The notes beneath the pieces were generated by a model, which was not told where the DNA came from, did no database searches, and saw only the letters and a program-made list of their open reading frames with translations. From Spirochaetia bacterium (GTDB lineage Bacteria > Spirochaetota > Spirochaetia > CADAEX01): 64,000 bases of DNA. Made by a program: the position numbers and the translations under genes. Shown one piece after another: positions 63,233 through 64,000 of this stretch (the stretch's first letter is position 1; every line of letters begins with the position of its first letter). Where the stretch lies: assembly GCA_963662265.2 (NCBI GenBank), contig CAXXHA010000008.1:1-64000 (forward strand), given 5' to 3'.

Positions 63233-63369
63233 TATTTTTCCTTATTTAAATTTTTTCTCTATCTTACATAATTATTGCTATTCAATATTTATTCATTTTT
63301 TATCAAAATTTAAGTAATTTTTTATGCAAAAATATTCTTTTGAGTTACAATAATAACTATGATGCCGTT

Positions 63370-63435
63370 TAACGCCCATTTGAGTTGCGCCATCGCTGGC
63401 GCAGCCGAGAAGGCGTCAACTCCAAATGATTGTTA
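63370..63435 (-). repeat. Short attC (66 bp)
   Basis: Short class. Confidence 0.88.
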
Positions 63436-63443
63436 TATTGTCA

Positions 63444-64000
63444 TTATGATAAAGCTATTTCTCTAAATCGTTCCTGTAATAAATTCTCGGAGAATTCAAT
63501 TCCTTTTTCTTCATAATTCATGAGCATACTAATAAGATCATCGTCAACTAAAGGAATTATCAATCCTCTTTCATCTTTATAAGTATCTCTGCAACGTTTA
63601 ATAAATTTATTCATATTATCAATTTTGCGACACAAAATAATACCAAATTTTCCACGGTTAGGACTAAATCTACCGGATATTTGATCTAACTCTGGATTAT
63701 TAACATCTCTTGAATAATTTTTGCATTCAACAAAAATAAATGGCGAAGGAATTTGATAAGTATTTGGTAATCTATAAAAAAATCCTCTTTCAGCTGCATT
63801 ATCGAAAGAAATATCAATTCTTTTTCTTCCATCGTGGATTTCTTTTTCTATCTGAGGAGATGTTAACTGAGGATAAAAAACTAATTCCAATATTCCTATA
63901 CAAAGCCTATGATATTTAGTTGCATCATCATTTCCAGGTTTTATTTCATCAATCAACTTTATTAAATAATCTATAATTTGTTTCAATAAATCAGGAGTTA
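63444..64000 (-). CDS. Restriction endonuclease-like PD-(D/E)XK protein, C-terminal part
   Basis: RIDISF...FVECKNY; the frame appears open to the window end. Confidence 0.7.
   Translation of the reverse strand, partial: TPDLLKQIIDYLIKLIDEIKPGNDDATKYHRLCIGILELVFYPQLTSPQIEKEIHDGRKRIDISFDNAAERGFFYRLPNTYQIPSPFIFVECKNYSRDVNNPELDQISGRFSPNRGKFGIILCRKIDNMNKFIKRCRDTYKDERGLIIPLVDDDLISMLMNYEEKGIEFSENLLQERFREIALS

Larger units (their letters stand above)
14341..63435 (-). other. Integron gene-cassette array (35 attC sites, continues past window end; no intI in window)
   Basis: Repeated TAAC-CAGTTGAGC...GCTCCAAC-GTTA palindromes, each directly after a minus-strand ORF or a gene-less segment. Confidence 0.95.

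Noticed and set aside
14341-63435. Repeats read as a CRISPR array or REP/BIME elements
   Set aside because: Units are 64-191 bp palindromes with TAAC/GTTA ends separated by whole genes, which is attC organisation; there are no cas genes.
14341-64000. Integron integrase or prophage genes
   Set aside because: No tyrosine recombinase or phage structural gene is recognisable in the ORF track.

Overview
The window has two parts. Positions 1 to ~14.3 kb are chromosomal backbone genes: esterase, TrpR-like regulator, fhs, CPBP protease, radical SAM, YchJ, and a DUF1295-plsY-DAK2/DegV lipid operon. The host is plausibly a spirochaete (inference). From ~14.34 kb to the window end is a large, AT-rich integron cassette array read on the minus strand. 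I count 35 attC sites (TAAC...GTTA imperfect palindromes) in four architectural classes. No integrase is in the window; it would be expected to the right. Cassettes include two type II TA systems, Fic, AIPR, NucS-like, DUF2971, Lit-like, ImmA/PIN, two AAA ATPases and a GIY-YIG cassette in four copies. The array is invaded by IS1111/IS110, IS481, IS21 (x2) and IS3 (x3) elements. Most notable: (i) nine related gene-less cassettes, eight carrying their own exclusive ~184-191 bp attC class and a conserved sigma70-like promoter pointing into that attC; (ii) an IS1111-like element inserted in the core of the terminal attC, with a candidate bridge/seek RNA region; (iii) branched attC hairpins with GNA mini-hairpins, and fixed-position leader motifs shared by unrelated cassettes. 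All calls are by eye; no searches or folding were run.
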